Origin: an uncultured Thermotogaceae bacterium
GTDB taxonomy: Bacteria; Thermotogota; Thermotogae; MWEM01
NCBI GenBank assembly: GCA_964580185.1
Contig: CAZOJQ010000002.1
Span: 52,599 to 116,598, forward strand
Length of the DNA stretch: 64,000 nt
Direction of reading: 5' to 3'
Made by a program: the position numbers and the translations under genes. Under the pieces are notes generated by a model that saw nothing but the letters and a program-made list of their open reading frames with translations, did not search any database and had not been told where the DNA came from. Below, one piece after another: positions 56,142 to 64,000 of the stretch; position 1 is the first letter of the stretch, and every line of letters starts with the position of its first letter.

Positions 56142-58697
56142 ATGGCAAAAGAAAAAGATAAGTCCCAGTTGTCCCTTGGAGGACAAACGACGGGGAATGT
56201 CATAAATCGGCATTTTGAAGATGAAATGAGCGAGTCCTATGTGAACTATTCCATGTCAGTGATCATCGGACGCGCCATCCCCGAGGTCCGGGATGGGATG
56301 AAACCGGTTCAGCGGCGGATCCTATTTGGAATGATGGATCTCAAGAATTGGCACAACTCCCCCCACAAAAAGAGCGCGAGAATCGTGGGAGAAGTGATCG
56401 GTAAGTACCATCCCCACGGAGATGTGGCCCTCTACGAAGCGTTGGTGCGCATGGCGCAGGAATTCAATATGCGGTACCCGCTGGTGGATGGGCAGGGGAA
56501 CTTTGGATCGATCGACCGGGATCCAGCGGCCGCAATGCGATATACCGAAGCGCGGCTGGCAAAGATTGCCGAAGAGCTGTTGGCCGACATCGATCAAGAT
56601 ACCGTCGATTTTGTGCCCAATTACGATGAAACTCTGCAGGAACCGGTTGTATTGCCGAGCGCGTTGCCCAATCTGCTCATGAACGGAGCGTCAGGGATTG
56701 CGGTGGGAATGGCAACCAGCATCCCACCTCACAATCTGGGGGAATTGGTGGATGGCTTGGTGTGTCTGATCGACTCCCCTGAAGCCACGGTCAAAGATCT
56801 GATGCAGTGGATCAAAGGCCCTGATTTCCCCACAGGAGGGAAGATCCTCAGCGGAGAGAACCTGCAATCCATGTATGAAACCGGTCAGGGAAGTATTGCG
56901 GTGGAAGGCGAATATGAACTGGAAGAAGATCGGATCATCATCACCGAGATTCCCTACGCCCTCTCGAAAGCGGGATTGATCGAACAGATTGCCGATTACT
57001 TCAAACGACAGGATAAACCCATGATTCGGGATATCCGGGATGAATCGGATCGACGTGGGATGCGCGTTGTGATTGAAATCGCCCGCAACGCAAACCCTCA
57101 TGTAGCCCTGAACCAGATTCTCAAGCATTCGTCGCTGAGAACCAGCTTTTCGACCAAGATGCTGGTGATCGATCGGAACCGGAAACCGAGGGTCATGTCG
57201 TTGAAGGAGCTTCTGGAAGCCTTTTTGGAACACCGCTATGAAGTGGTTCGAAGGCGTTCGGAGCATCAGCTGTCTTTAGCGACCAAACGGGCGCATATTG
57301 TCGAAGGGCTTATGAAGGCCGCGCGTTCGATCGATACGACCGTGGACATTATTCGGCATTCCAAAGACACCGAGGATGCCATTCGCAATCTCATGGACAC
57401 TTTGGAAGTCAGCGAAGAACAAGCCAAAGCCATTTTGGATCTCCGCCTCGGAAGGCTCACCTCCATGGAGGTGGACAAGCTTTTGTCCGAGATGCGCGAG
57501 TTGAATCAGAAGATTCAATCCTTGAAAACCCTTTTGGGAAATGAAGACGAGATTCGGGCCGAAGTGAAACGGTCGCTGATCGAACTGAAGGAACAGTATA
57601 CGAATCCCCGTCGAACCCGGATCGAGTCTCAAGGAATCACGGACATGGAAGCCGAAGATCTCATCGAGGATCAGGAAGTCATCATTACCGTTACCCGCAG
57701 AGGATACATTCTTCAGACGGAACTGGCTGACTATCGGAGGCAGTATCGCGGTGGACGGGGGGCCAAAGGCATCAAGACGCGCGAAGAAGATTGGGTCCGG
57801 CATATTATGTCGACCAGCAAACTGGCCCATACGATGTTCATCTCGTCCAAAGGGAAGGCCTATACCCTAAGGAATTACGAGATTGAGAGCACATCCAAAG
57901 GATCAAAAGGCAAGCATCTCATGTCCTATTTGAAGTTGGATGAAGGGGAAGTGATCCGTACTGTCCTAGAGGTCGGGAGAGACTTCCATAGCGGGCAAGA
58001 TATCATTATTGTCACCGAGAAAGGGAAGGTAAAACGGTCTTCGTTGAAAGACTTCGGGCGAGCAGGAATCAACGGCGTAATCGCAATCCGTTTGGAAGAG
58101 GGAGACCAGGTGGTTGACGCCATTCTCATCCCTGCCGCGGATGAAATGTCCCGGCTGTTCATCGCGACACAAGATGGGATGAGCATTCAATTTCCGACGT
58201 CCGATGCGCGCCGATTGGGCCGAAATGCCATCGGTGTGAAGGCGATCGACCTGAAGAAGGAGGATCGGATCGTATCGCTCACCCAGTATACCCCGCACCC
58301 GAGCGGGCAAATGACCTTGAGTCCGGGGAAGACAGTGGCGACGGTTTTGACCGTGACTGAGAAGGGATTTGGAAAACGAACACCGATCGAGGAATATCGT
58401 CTTCAATCACGAGGAGGAAAAGGGATCAAGAATTTGGCGCTCACGCCTTCCGCAGGGAAAGTGGTCAGTGTGCACCTGGTCGATAACCAGGACGAGATCC
58501 TGGTGGTTACCAAATCTGGATTCACCATCCGATTTCGAAGCAGTGATATCCGCTCCATGGGTCGAGTGACCCGCGGAGTTCGGGCAATCGACCTTTCGGA
58601 AGAGGATGAAGTGGCTTCGGTCGAACTGGTCACCGGAGAGACGAGCGATCCGACGCAACCAATCGAAAGTATCATGGATCCAAACGGACCATCATAG
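56142..58697 (+). CDS. gyrA: DNA gyrase subunit A
   Basis: Active-site Tyr region ([10 protein letters not shown]), a QRDR-like region, and a GyrA-box-like [10 protein letters not shown] at the start of the C-terminal beta-pinwheel. The GyrA box argues against ParC. Confidence 0.85.
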   Translation: MAKEKDKSQLSLGGQTTGNVINRHFEDEMSESYVNYSMSVIIGRAIPEVRDGMKPVQRRILFGMMDLKNWHNSPHKKSARIVGEVIGKYHPHGDVALYEALVRMAQEFNMRYPLVDGQGNFGSIDRDPAAAMRYTEARLAKIAEELLADIDQDTVDFVPNYDETLQEPVVLPSALPNLLMNGASGIAVGMATSIPPHNLGELVDGLVCLIDSPEATVKDLMQWIKGPDFPTGGKILSGENLQSMYETGQGSIAVEGEYELEEDRIIITEIPYALSKAGLIEQIADYFKRQDKPMIRDIRDESDRRGMRVVIEIARNANPHVALNQILKHSSLRTSFSTKMLVIDRNRKPRVMSLKELLEAFLEHRYEVVRRRSEHQLSLATKRAHIVEGLMKAARSIDTTVDIIRHSKDTEDAIRNLMDTLEVSEEQAKAILDLRLGRLTSMEVDKLLSEMRELNQKIQSLKTLLGNEDEIRAEVKRSLIELKEQYTNPRRTRIESQGITDMEAEDLIEDQEVIITVTRRGYILQTELADYRRQYRGGRGAKGIKTREEDWVRHIMSTSKLAHTMFISSKGKAYTLRNYEIESTSKGSKGKHLMSYLKLDEGEVIRTVLEVGRDFHSGQDIIIVTEKGKVKRSSLKDFGRAGINGVIAIRLEEGDQVVDAILIPAADEMSRLFIATQDGMSIQFPTSDARRLGRNAIGVKAIDLKKEDRIVSLTQYTPHPSGQMTLSPGKTVATVLTVTEKGFGKRTPIEEYRLQSRGGKGIKNLALTPSAGKVVSVHLVDNQDEILVVTKSGFTIRFRSSDIRSMGRVTRGVRAIDLSEEDEVASVELVTGETSDPTQPIESIMDPNGPS

Positions 58698-58718
58698 CAT
58701 ATCAAGGAGGGAAAATCT

Positions 58719-59042
58719 ATGTTGGCATCAAAAAATCAGGGGAAATGGACGTTGGTTGATCTAAGCGGCACTCTGGACATTTCCAATTCCGTAGAAACAA
58801 AAAAACAGCTGGTCGAAGGCTTCATCGACAAAGGGAAAACGAATCTGGCCTTAGACCTATCCAATGTGCCGATGGTCGATAGTTCCGGGTTGGGGGTCTT
58901 TATCAGCCTGGTCCGCCGGTGCAAGACTTCGGGCGGGGATTTTGCCTTAGTTTGTCCGAACGAAAAAGTGGAGAAGCTTCTCAAGATCACAGGAATCGAC
59001 AGATCAACCACTGTGTTGAAGAACCCTAGCGAGCTCCGGTAA
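58719..59042 (+). CDS. STAS-domain anti-sigma-factor antagonist (SpoIIAA-like)
   Basis: 107 aa. Conserved phospho-Ser context (DLSNVPMVDSSGLGVFISL). Confidence 0.75.
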   Translation: MLASKNQGKWTLVDLSGTLDISNSVETKKQLVEGFIDKGKTNLALDLSNVPMVDSSGLGVFISLVRRCKTSGGDFALVCPNEKVEKLLKITGIDRSTTVLKNPSELR

Positions 59043-59056
59043 AAGGTGGGAATGAT

Positions 59057-59389
59057 TTGCTGCGGATAACTCAATCAGGAAAATGGAAGATTGTCAGCAT
59101 GAGCGGAGAACTGGATGTCAACTCCTCCAGTTCTTTCAAGGACGAGGTCATGGAGCAGCTGATCCAACAGGGCGCGCGGTGGATCGCGATGGACTGCAAA
59201 GATCTGGAGTATATTGACAGTTCGGGTCTTGCGGCGATTGTCAGCCTCCACAAAAAACTCAAAACCAGTGGGGGCGGATTCGCTTTGATTGCGCTTAACG
59301 ATACCCTTACCCGCCTGTTCCGGCTTACTTCTTTGGACAAAGCCCTCGCAATCTATTCCGATCAAGAGAATCTGGCGGATTCGCATTGA
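59057..59389 (+). CDS. STAS-domain anti-sigma-factor antagonist, second tandem copy (TTG start)
   Basis: 110 aa. MDCKDLEYIDSSGLAAIVSL. TTG start 6 nt after an AAAGGTGGGAA SD. Confidence 0.7.
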   Translation: MLRITQSGKWKIVSMSGELDVNSSSSFKDEVMEQLIQQGARWIAMDCKDLEYIDSSGLAAIVSLHKKLKTSGGGFALIALNDTLTRLFRLTSLDKALAIYSDQENLADSH

Positions 59390-59856
59390 TCAGGGTCGCG
59401 CTTGGTTCAGATCACGCTGCTTGGGTTCCAAAAGAACAACTGAAGACCTTCCTCGAAACCCAGGGGTATGTTGTATTGGATGAAGGGACTCATTCGGCCG
59501 ATTCTGTGGATTATCCGGATATCGCGGAACGGGTATGCAACCGATACAATCGGAAAGAAGCGGATTTTGGCGTGCTTCTGTGCGGCACGGGAATCGGGAT
59601 GTCCATCACTGCCAACAAGATTCCCTCCATTCGCGCGGCCTTGTGTCTGTTCCCGGAAATGGCCGAGCTGGCCCGCAGGCACAACAATGCCAATGTTCTT
59701 GTTCTGGGTGGCCGATTGATGGGTCCTACGCTGATCCAATGGACCGTTCAACGGTTTTTGGAGACATCGTTCGAGGCCGGACGCCATCAAACTCGTGTGA
59801 ACAAAATCACGAATATTGAGAAGAAAGCGGAGTTTGATCGTGAAAGCCGTATTTGA
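59386..59856 (+). CDS. rpiB: Ribose-5-phosphate isomerase B
   Basis: MIRVALGSDHAAW...LLCGTGIGMSITANK, canonical RpiB/LacAB. TTG start in a TTGA overlap with the preceding stop. Confidence 0.85.
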   Translation: MIRVALGSDHAAWVPKEQLKTFLETQGYVVLDEGTHSADSVDYPDIAERVCNRYNRKEADFGVLLCGTGIGMSITANKIPSIRAALCLFPEMAELARRHNNANVLVLGGRLMGPTLIQWTVQRFLETSFEAGRHQTRVNKITNIEKKAEFDRESRI

Positions 59857-60817
59857 CCCAAAGGGGTTTTGCTACCATCCAGAATGGGAAGGGGTGCACC
59901 ATTACCCCCTGTTCCCCCATTTTTACGCCTCTTCCGGTGTGGAACGAATCCGACAGTCTATGCAGCTTCAGCCGTTTATCGAGTTTGCCAAGGCTCGGGA
60001 GTTTCCCCGCACGATGCTCTATACCATTCACAGCCCCGAATATGTCAAATGGTTGCTGAACCTTCCCAAGACCATACCAGACGGAACGGCTCGCTTTCCT
60101 TTGGTGATGGGACATGACCTGTGCTACGATACCCTGACCCCCCTTACCAAGGAAAGTTTCGAAGCTGCATGGTGCGCAGCCCGGATTGCATGGACCGGAG
60201 CGCGTTTGCTGATTCAGGAAGAAGAAAACCGGGTCTACGGGTTAACCTTTCCATCGGGCAACCATTGCCTCCAAGGGTTTTGCGGAGGGAGCAGTTTTCT
60301 GAATCATGCTGCCCTAGCGGCTGAATACTTCCTGAAAGAAGGGGCGTTGAATGTTGCTGTTTTGGATCTGGATCTCCATCACGGCAATGGAACCCAAGAA
60401 ATCTTTTACGAAATGCCGGAAGTGCTGACGATATCGATCCACGGAGATCCTCAGAAGGTTTTTCCTTGGGTCAGCGGATTCGAGTGGGAAAAGGGAGAAG
60501 AGGAAGGAAAGGGATACAACATCAACCTTCCGCTCGAACAAGGAGCTACATTCAAGGACTACTCATGGGCATTGGACATGGCGATTCAACAATTGGAGGT
60601 CTTTGACCCGGAATTTTTGATTCTATCGATGGCCTTCAATACTCATGCGGATAGTCCCTATCAATGGTTTCAGCTTCGGAACGATGATTTTCGATTAATA
60701 GGCCGGTCAATTCGGTCTTTAGAAGTGCCCACACTCATTTTGCAGGAAGATGGAAGCGATTTTGAACAACTTGGAATCGCTTCATCCATGTTTGTAAGGG
60801 GGTTGGAAGGGTATTGA
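59840..60817 (+). CDS. Histone-deacetylase-family amidohydrolase (AcuC / acetylpolyamine-amidohydrolase-like)
   Basis: LDLDLHHGNGTQ metal/charge-relay motif and HGDPQ. Probable GTG start (VKAVFDPKGFCYHPEW) overlapping the rpiB 3' end by 17 nt. Confidence 0.75.
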   Translation: MKAVFDPKGFCYHPEWEGVHHYPLFPHFYASSGVERIRQSMQLQPFIEFAKAREFPRTMLYTIHSPEYVKWLLNLPKTIPDGTARFPLVMGHDLCYDTLTPLTKESFEAAWCAARIAWTGARLLIQEEENRVYGLTFPSGNHCLQGFCGGSSFLNHAALAAEYFLKEGALNVAVLDLDLHHGNGTQEIFYEMPEVLTISIHGDPQKVFPWVSGFEWEKGEEEGKGYNINLPLEQGATFKDYSWALDMAIQQLEVFDPEFLILSMAFNTHADSPYQWFQLRNDDFRLIGRSIRSLEVPTLILQEDGSDFEQLGIASSMFVRGLEGY

Positions 60818-61776
60818 AGCGTGTATGGATCGGAGCAATCAGCCTTCTGCTCGTTGTTTTCCTCTTGAGCGGCTGTTTTGTGATCGAGTTCTTTTTCCCG
60901 CCGGAAAAAAAACTGTACAAAGCGAACTTTTACGCCTATTTTTATAATGTGCACCCCAAAAACCATAGCCTTCAGGGGGTGGATATTCCCATTCAATCCT
61001 TGAAATTCGGAGGCCAGGAGATCGCGGAGCAGCAGATCATCACGCTTTCGCTGACCCCCTCCGGAGAAGTGGACGAGTTTGCGGATCTCTTTGCCTTTTT
61101 GGTCGTTCCCCTCTATGGAAGCCTTGATTTTGCCGAGGAGGATATTCCCATCCGTCAACCCGCCATTACGCTCACTTTGGGGGATACCCTCACCGCGCAC
61201 TACATCAACCCCGAAACGCAAGAACCGTTCGAAGTGGATCTGCCCATCGAGCAATCGTCTCGAACTTTGGTACTGAACCTAAGAGATCTCACCACAAGCG
61301 GATTTTCCGCCAAAGACCGATTATTCCTCAATCCTGTGGAAACGCAACTATTCATGATCTTCAACCTGGTCAACCTGCCTCGATGGGACAATTATGACGA
61401 AACGGTCCCTGTGAACCTGGCCCAATCGATGTATATGGTCACCGATGACCTTGTTCTTTTATATGGGCGGATTCTTTCGCAGGATGAAGACATCCTCCTA
61501 CCCGGACAACGCTGGTCTCTTTCCTTCCAGGACGATCCACTCCTGTATTTGGGGGGATTTCCGTTTCGCGCGTTGAGTTATCCAGTGGCTCCATTGGACC
61601 AGCACCATTATTTTCTTTTGGTCCCTAAGATGAAGCAAATGCCTTCCTTTATCGGAAAATTGGAACTGTTTGGCCCCGAGGATCCTTCGGATCAACCCAT
61701 GAAGACAGTCAATATAACCGTTTCCACCGCGGTAACCCGGATCCTTCAAAATATCCAGGCAGGAGAAGAGGAATGA
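60814..61776 (+). CDS. Hypothetical lipoprotein
   Basis: Signal peptide with lipobox LLSGC. No recognisable domain. ATGA overlap with the upstream gene. Confidence 0.5.
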   Translation: MKRVWIGAISLLLVVFLLSGCFVIEFFFPPEKKLYKANFYAYFYNVHPKNHSLQGVDIPIQSLKFGGQEIAEQQIITLSLTPSGEVDEFADLFAFLVVPLYGSLDFAEEDIPIRQPAITLTLGDTLTAHYINPETQEPFEVDLPIEQSSRTLVLNLRDLTTSGFSAKDRLFLNPVETQLFMIFNLVNLPRWDNYDETVPVNLAQSMYMVTDDLVLLYGRILSQDEDILLPGQRWSLSFQDDPLLYLGGFPFRALSYPVAPLDQHHYFLLVPKMKQMPSFIGKLELFGPEDPSDQPMKTVNITVSTAVTRILQNIQAGEEE

Positions 61777-62072
61777 TCTACCCCAAGCGGCAGGCAGTAG
61801 AATCCGGATTGAACCTGGCTGGGAAAAGCCAACCTCGACGCCGTACGAAAAAAAAGAGGAACTCCAGTCAGATTCTGTATTGGGTGGTTGTGGGGTTGTT
61901 GTCGACCTGGATGTTGTATCTCAACATCAGCGTCCTCTTCGATTATCAGGAAATCCGGGAAGAATATCAGCAAACCTTGGAGCAATACCAAGAAAAAAAG
62001 AGAATCTTGGATGAACGAGTGCTCGAGTTTCAGAGGCTTCAGGAATTGATCGATTATGCAAATACCCCCTAA
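61773..62072 (+). CDS. FtsB/DivIC-like septum formation initiator (single TM + coiled-coil)
   Basis: 99 aa. Basic N-terminus, TM ILYWVVVGLLSTWMLYL, then heptad-rich EEYQQTLEQYQEKKRILDERVLEFQRL. Confidence 0.45.
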   Translation: MIYPKRQAVESGLNLAGKSQPRRRTKKKRNSSQILYWVVVGLLSTWMLYLNISVLFDYQEIREEYQQTLEQYQEKKRILDERVLEFQRLQELIDYANTP

Positions 62073-62868
62073 TGTTCAACGGTTTCAAGAAGAATCCTTC
62101 TTCGTAACGACATCCAACCGTCCCAAAAAAGAATTGGTGATCCGCGCCAAAGAGCTTGCGCGCCTTTTGAAAGCACCATACATTTCCCGAAGAACTCTGG
62201 TCCAACAACAAAACCCGCCCCAACCGGACTTTTACTATGTGTTGGAACAAGATCGGCTGGTGATCCGAGGAGCCGATGGAAGTCAACTTTTCTTTCATCC
62301 GGCCAGCGCCAAAATGCGCCACCGGAACTTGAAAAACGGGCAAGATGATCATCTGATCAAAGTGCTGGAATTGCGGGGGGATGAACAGATCTTGGACCTA
62401 ACCCTAGGATTGGGCAGCGAAGCGATTCTTATGGCAGGATACCTGGATCGGGGCGGGGTTGTCGTGGGGTTGGAAGCGTCGAGACACCTTGCGGTGATTG
62501 TCGGATACGGGCTCCAGACCTATCAAGATGATTCTCCCTGGATTCAACAGGCCATGAGCCGGGTGGCGGTGGAACATGCCGACTATAAGCGAAGAATCCG
62601 AGAACTGCCTGATAACGCCTATGATATTGTATACTGCGATCCTATGTTTGAAAGCCCGGTTTGGGAATCGTCCGCGCTCAATGCCATCCGTCCCTTTGCC
62701 GTCTACGATTCGATCGATTTGGAGGATGTGGATCAAATGAAGCGGGTTGCCCGGAAGAAGGTCGTGTTGAAAGCCCTGTATCGGGATTCCCTCTTTGATC
62801 GAATCGCCGTGGACCATCTGACTGGCAGCCGCCATAGCGGGGTGCTGTACGGTGTGATCCACCCTTGA
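62056..62868 (+). CDS. Class I SAM-dependent methyltransferase (RsmJ/YhiQ-like)
   Basis: Motif I-like LDLTLGLGSEA, and a post-motif acidic residue in DIVYCDPMF (the DPPY-like region of the RsmJ family). Confidence 0.55.
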   Translation: MQIPPNVQRFQEESFFVTTSNRPKKELVIRAKELARLLKAPYISRRTLVQQQNPPQPDFYYVLEQDRLVIRGADGSQLFFHPASAKMRHRNLKNGQDDHLIKVLELRGDEQILDLTLGLGSEAILMAGYLDRGGVVVGLEASRHLAVIVGYGLQTYQDDSPWIQQAMSRVAVEHADYKRRIRELPDNAYDIVYCDPMFESPVWESSALNAIRPFAVYDSIDLEDVDQMKRVARKKVVLKALYRDSLFDRIAVDHLTGSRHSGVLYGVIHP

Positions 62869-63773
62869 TTCCGGTAATCTTCGGTCCAACCGCCATTGGA
62901 AAGACCGATCTTCTCCTCTTCCTTTCCAATCACTTCCCTATTGAAGTAGTTTCCATGGATTCCATGCAGATCTATACGGAGATGGATATTGGAACGGCCA
63001 AACCCACTCCGGATGAACGGCTGCGATTGCCGCACTGGATGATCGACATTGTTCGGCCTGACGAACCCTTTGATGCCTATTCTTATGCCCGCCTTTGTAA
63101 AGCGCGCATTGCCGATGTGCAAAAAAGGGGAAGGATACCCATCGTTTCCGGAGGAACTGGTCTGTATCTGGACGCGCTTATGTATGGGATTGCTCAGGGC
63201 GTGCAGCGGGATGAATCGGTTCGGTTACAGCTGGAAACCCAAGAACAAGAGCGTCCGGGAATTTTGTATCAGAGACTCCAAGAGATCGATCCTCCTTCAG
63301 CCCAACGGATCCATCCAAACGACCTTCGAAGAATCATTCGCGCTCTGGAGATTCACCAGATCACGGGAACGGCTTGGTCGGAACTGAGAACGCATCATCA
63401 GCCCGACCCTCAGTATCGGTTGGTGATCCTTTCGCGCGACCGTTCGGAGTTATACCGCCGGATCGAAGCGCGGGTGCCAGTCATGGTGGACTCGGGTTTA
63501 ATCGAAGAAACCCAAAGGCTTGTACAGCGGTATGGAACAGCCCATTCATCGATGAAAGCCATCGGATATCAACAGACCATCCAATACCTCCACGGGGAGA
63601 TCGGCAGCATCGATGACCTGAAATCGGTGATCGCGCGGGATACCCGCCATTATGCCCGACGGCAAATCATTTGGGGTAGGAAGTATTCTCACGCCATTCA
63701 TTGGCCATTGAGTGGCGATCCATCTGGCATCTCTCCCCTTGATTGGATGCGAACCATCCTGGGTGATACATGA
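62865..63773 (+). CDS. miaA: tRNA dimethylallyltransferase
   Basis: P-loop GPTAIGKT, substrate motif DIGTAKP. Conserved miaA-hfq synteny. Confidence 0.9.
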   Translation: MIPVIFGPTAIGKTDLLLFLSNHFPIEVVSMDSMQIYTEMDIGTAKPTPDERLRLPHWMIDIVRPDEPFDAYSYARLCKARIADVQKRGRIPIVSGGTGLYLDALMYGIAQGVQRDESVRLQLETQEQERPGILYQRLQEIDPPSAQRIHPNDLRRIIRALEIHQITGTAWSELRTHHQPDPQYRLVILSRDRSELYRRIEARVPVMVDSGLIEETQRLVQRYGTAHSSMKAIGYQQTIQYLHGEIGSIDDLKSVIARDTRHYARRQIIWGRKYSHAIHWPLSGDPSGISPLDWMRTILGDT

Positions 63774-63896
63774 ATCCCCCTTTCCTTTACTTGGGTACCC
63801 CGCTTTGTGGTATAGTAGAGAAGGTATTCCAGTACCCGTTGCTTTTGGTTGGGAAAGAAAGAGAGAGAGAGAATGGATTCAAGGGGGAGAGTGTAT

Positions 63897-64000
63897 ATGG
63901 CGGATAAGTTCAATCTGCAGGACCGTTTTCTGAACCATCTACGTACACATAAGATCGACACAAAGGTCTATCTGATCAATGGGTTTCAGACCAAAGGAAT
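63897..64000 (+). CDS. hfq: RNA chaperone Hfq (5' part; continues beyond window)
   Basis: MADKFNLQDRFLNHLRTHKIDTKVYLINGFQTKG with the Sm1 motif. AAGGGGGAGAG SD. Upstream TTGTGGTATAGT -10-like element. Confidence 0.8.
   Translation, partial: MADKFNLQDRFLNHLRTHKIDTKVYLINGFQTKG

Overview
This 64 kb window is almost entirely coding (about 60 CDS, one tRNA) and has roughly 50% GC. I found no CRISPR array, transposase, integrase or rRNA.

Several gene runs are classic Firmicutes synteny. These include rodZ-like/pgsA/recA/recX/rny, secA-prfB-lspA, miaA-hfq, and HU and Csp genes. Many starts are TTG or GTG, with ATGA or TTGA overlaps between neighbouring genes.

The window also carries hallmarks of a double-membrane (diderm) envelope. 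There is a BamA/Omp85 protein with POTRA repeats and a C-terminal Phe, and a Wza-like polysaccharide export protein with about eight SLBB repeats. There is a lytic transglycosylase fused to a putative beta-barrel, an RseC-like protein, and an oligopeptide binding protein with an SLH-like N-terminal extension. My inference is that this comes from a diderm Firmicutes-like or other deep-branching diderm lineage. The phylum cannot be fixed from sequence alone.

Left third (1-13.3 kb, minus strand): the edge of a capsule/polysaccharide locus (CpsB-like PHP phosphatase and a giant export protein), followed by the conserved string rny, recX, recA, ligT, pgsA, rimO, DUF4416-like, rodZ-like, sua5, an orphan minD, DUF59 and nrnA.

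Middle (13-34 kb): an ArsB/NhaD permease, an MFS transporter, a membrane-anchored GDPD, and a caspase-like (C14) lipoprotein with two Listeria-Bacteroides repeats. Then catalase, lspA, an unframeshifted prfB and secA. An uncharacterised secreted protein overlaps the bamA 3' end. After that come bamA, an RseC-like gene, the lytic transglycosylase-barrel fusion, a glycyl-radical enzyme with its activase, and an M50 protease.

Right half (34-64 kb): a six-gene oligopeptide ABC operon with an SLH-like binding protein and an embedded M14 carboxypeptidase. Next is a stand-alone module with a consensus sigma-70 promoter, SD, 34-aa hydrophobic peptide and terminator, sitting upstream of a DrrAB-like ABC-2 exporter. 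Then HU, csp, an SPL-like radical SAM protein, asd, scoAB, an alpha/beta hydrolase and tRNA-Asn with a bidirectional terminator. A DUF2089 / two small membrane paralogs / DUF4097 (LiaF-like) module follows. After it is an AT-rich TPR gene with near-identical internal repeats. The window ends with metG, gyrA, two tandem STAS proteins, rpiB, an HDAC-like deacetylase, a lipoprotein, an FtsB-like protein, an RsmJ-like methyltransferase, miaA and the start of hfq.

The most unusual loci are listed under findings.
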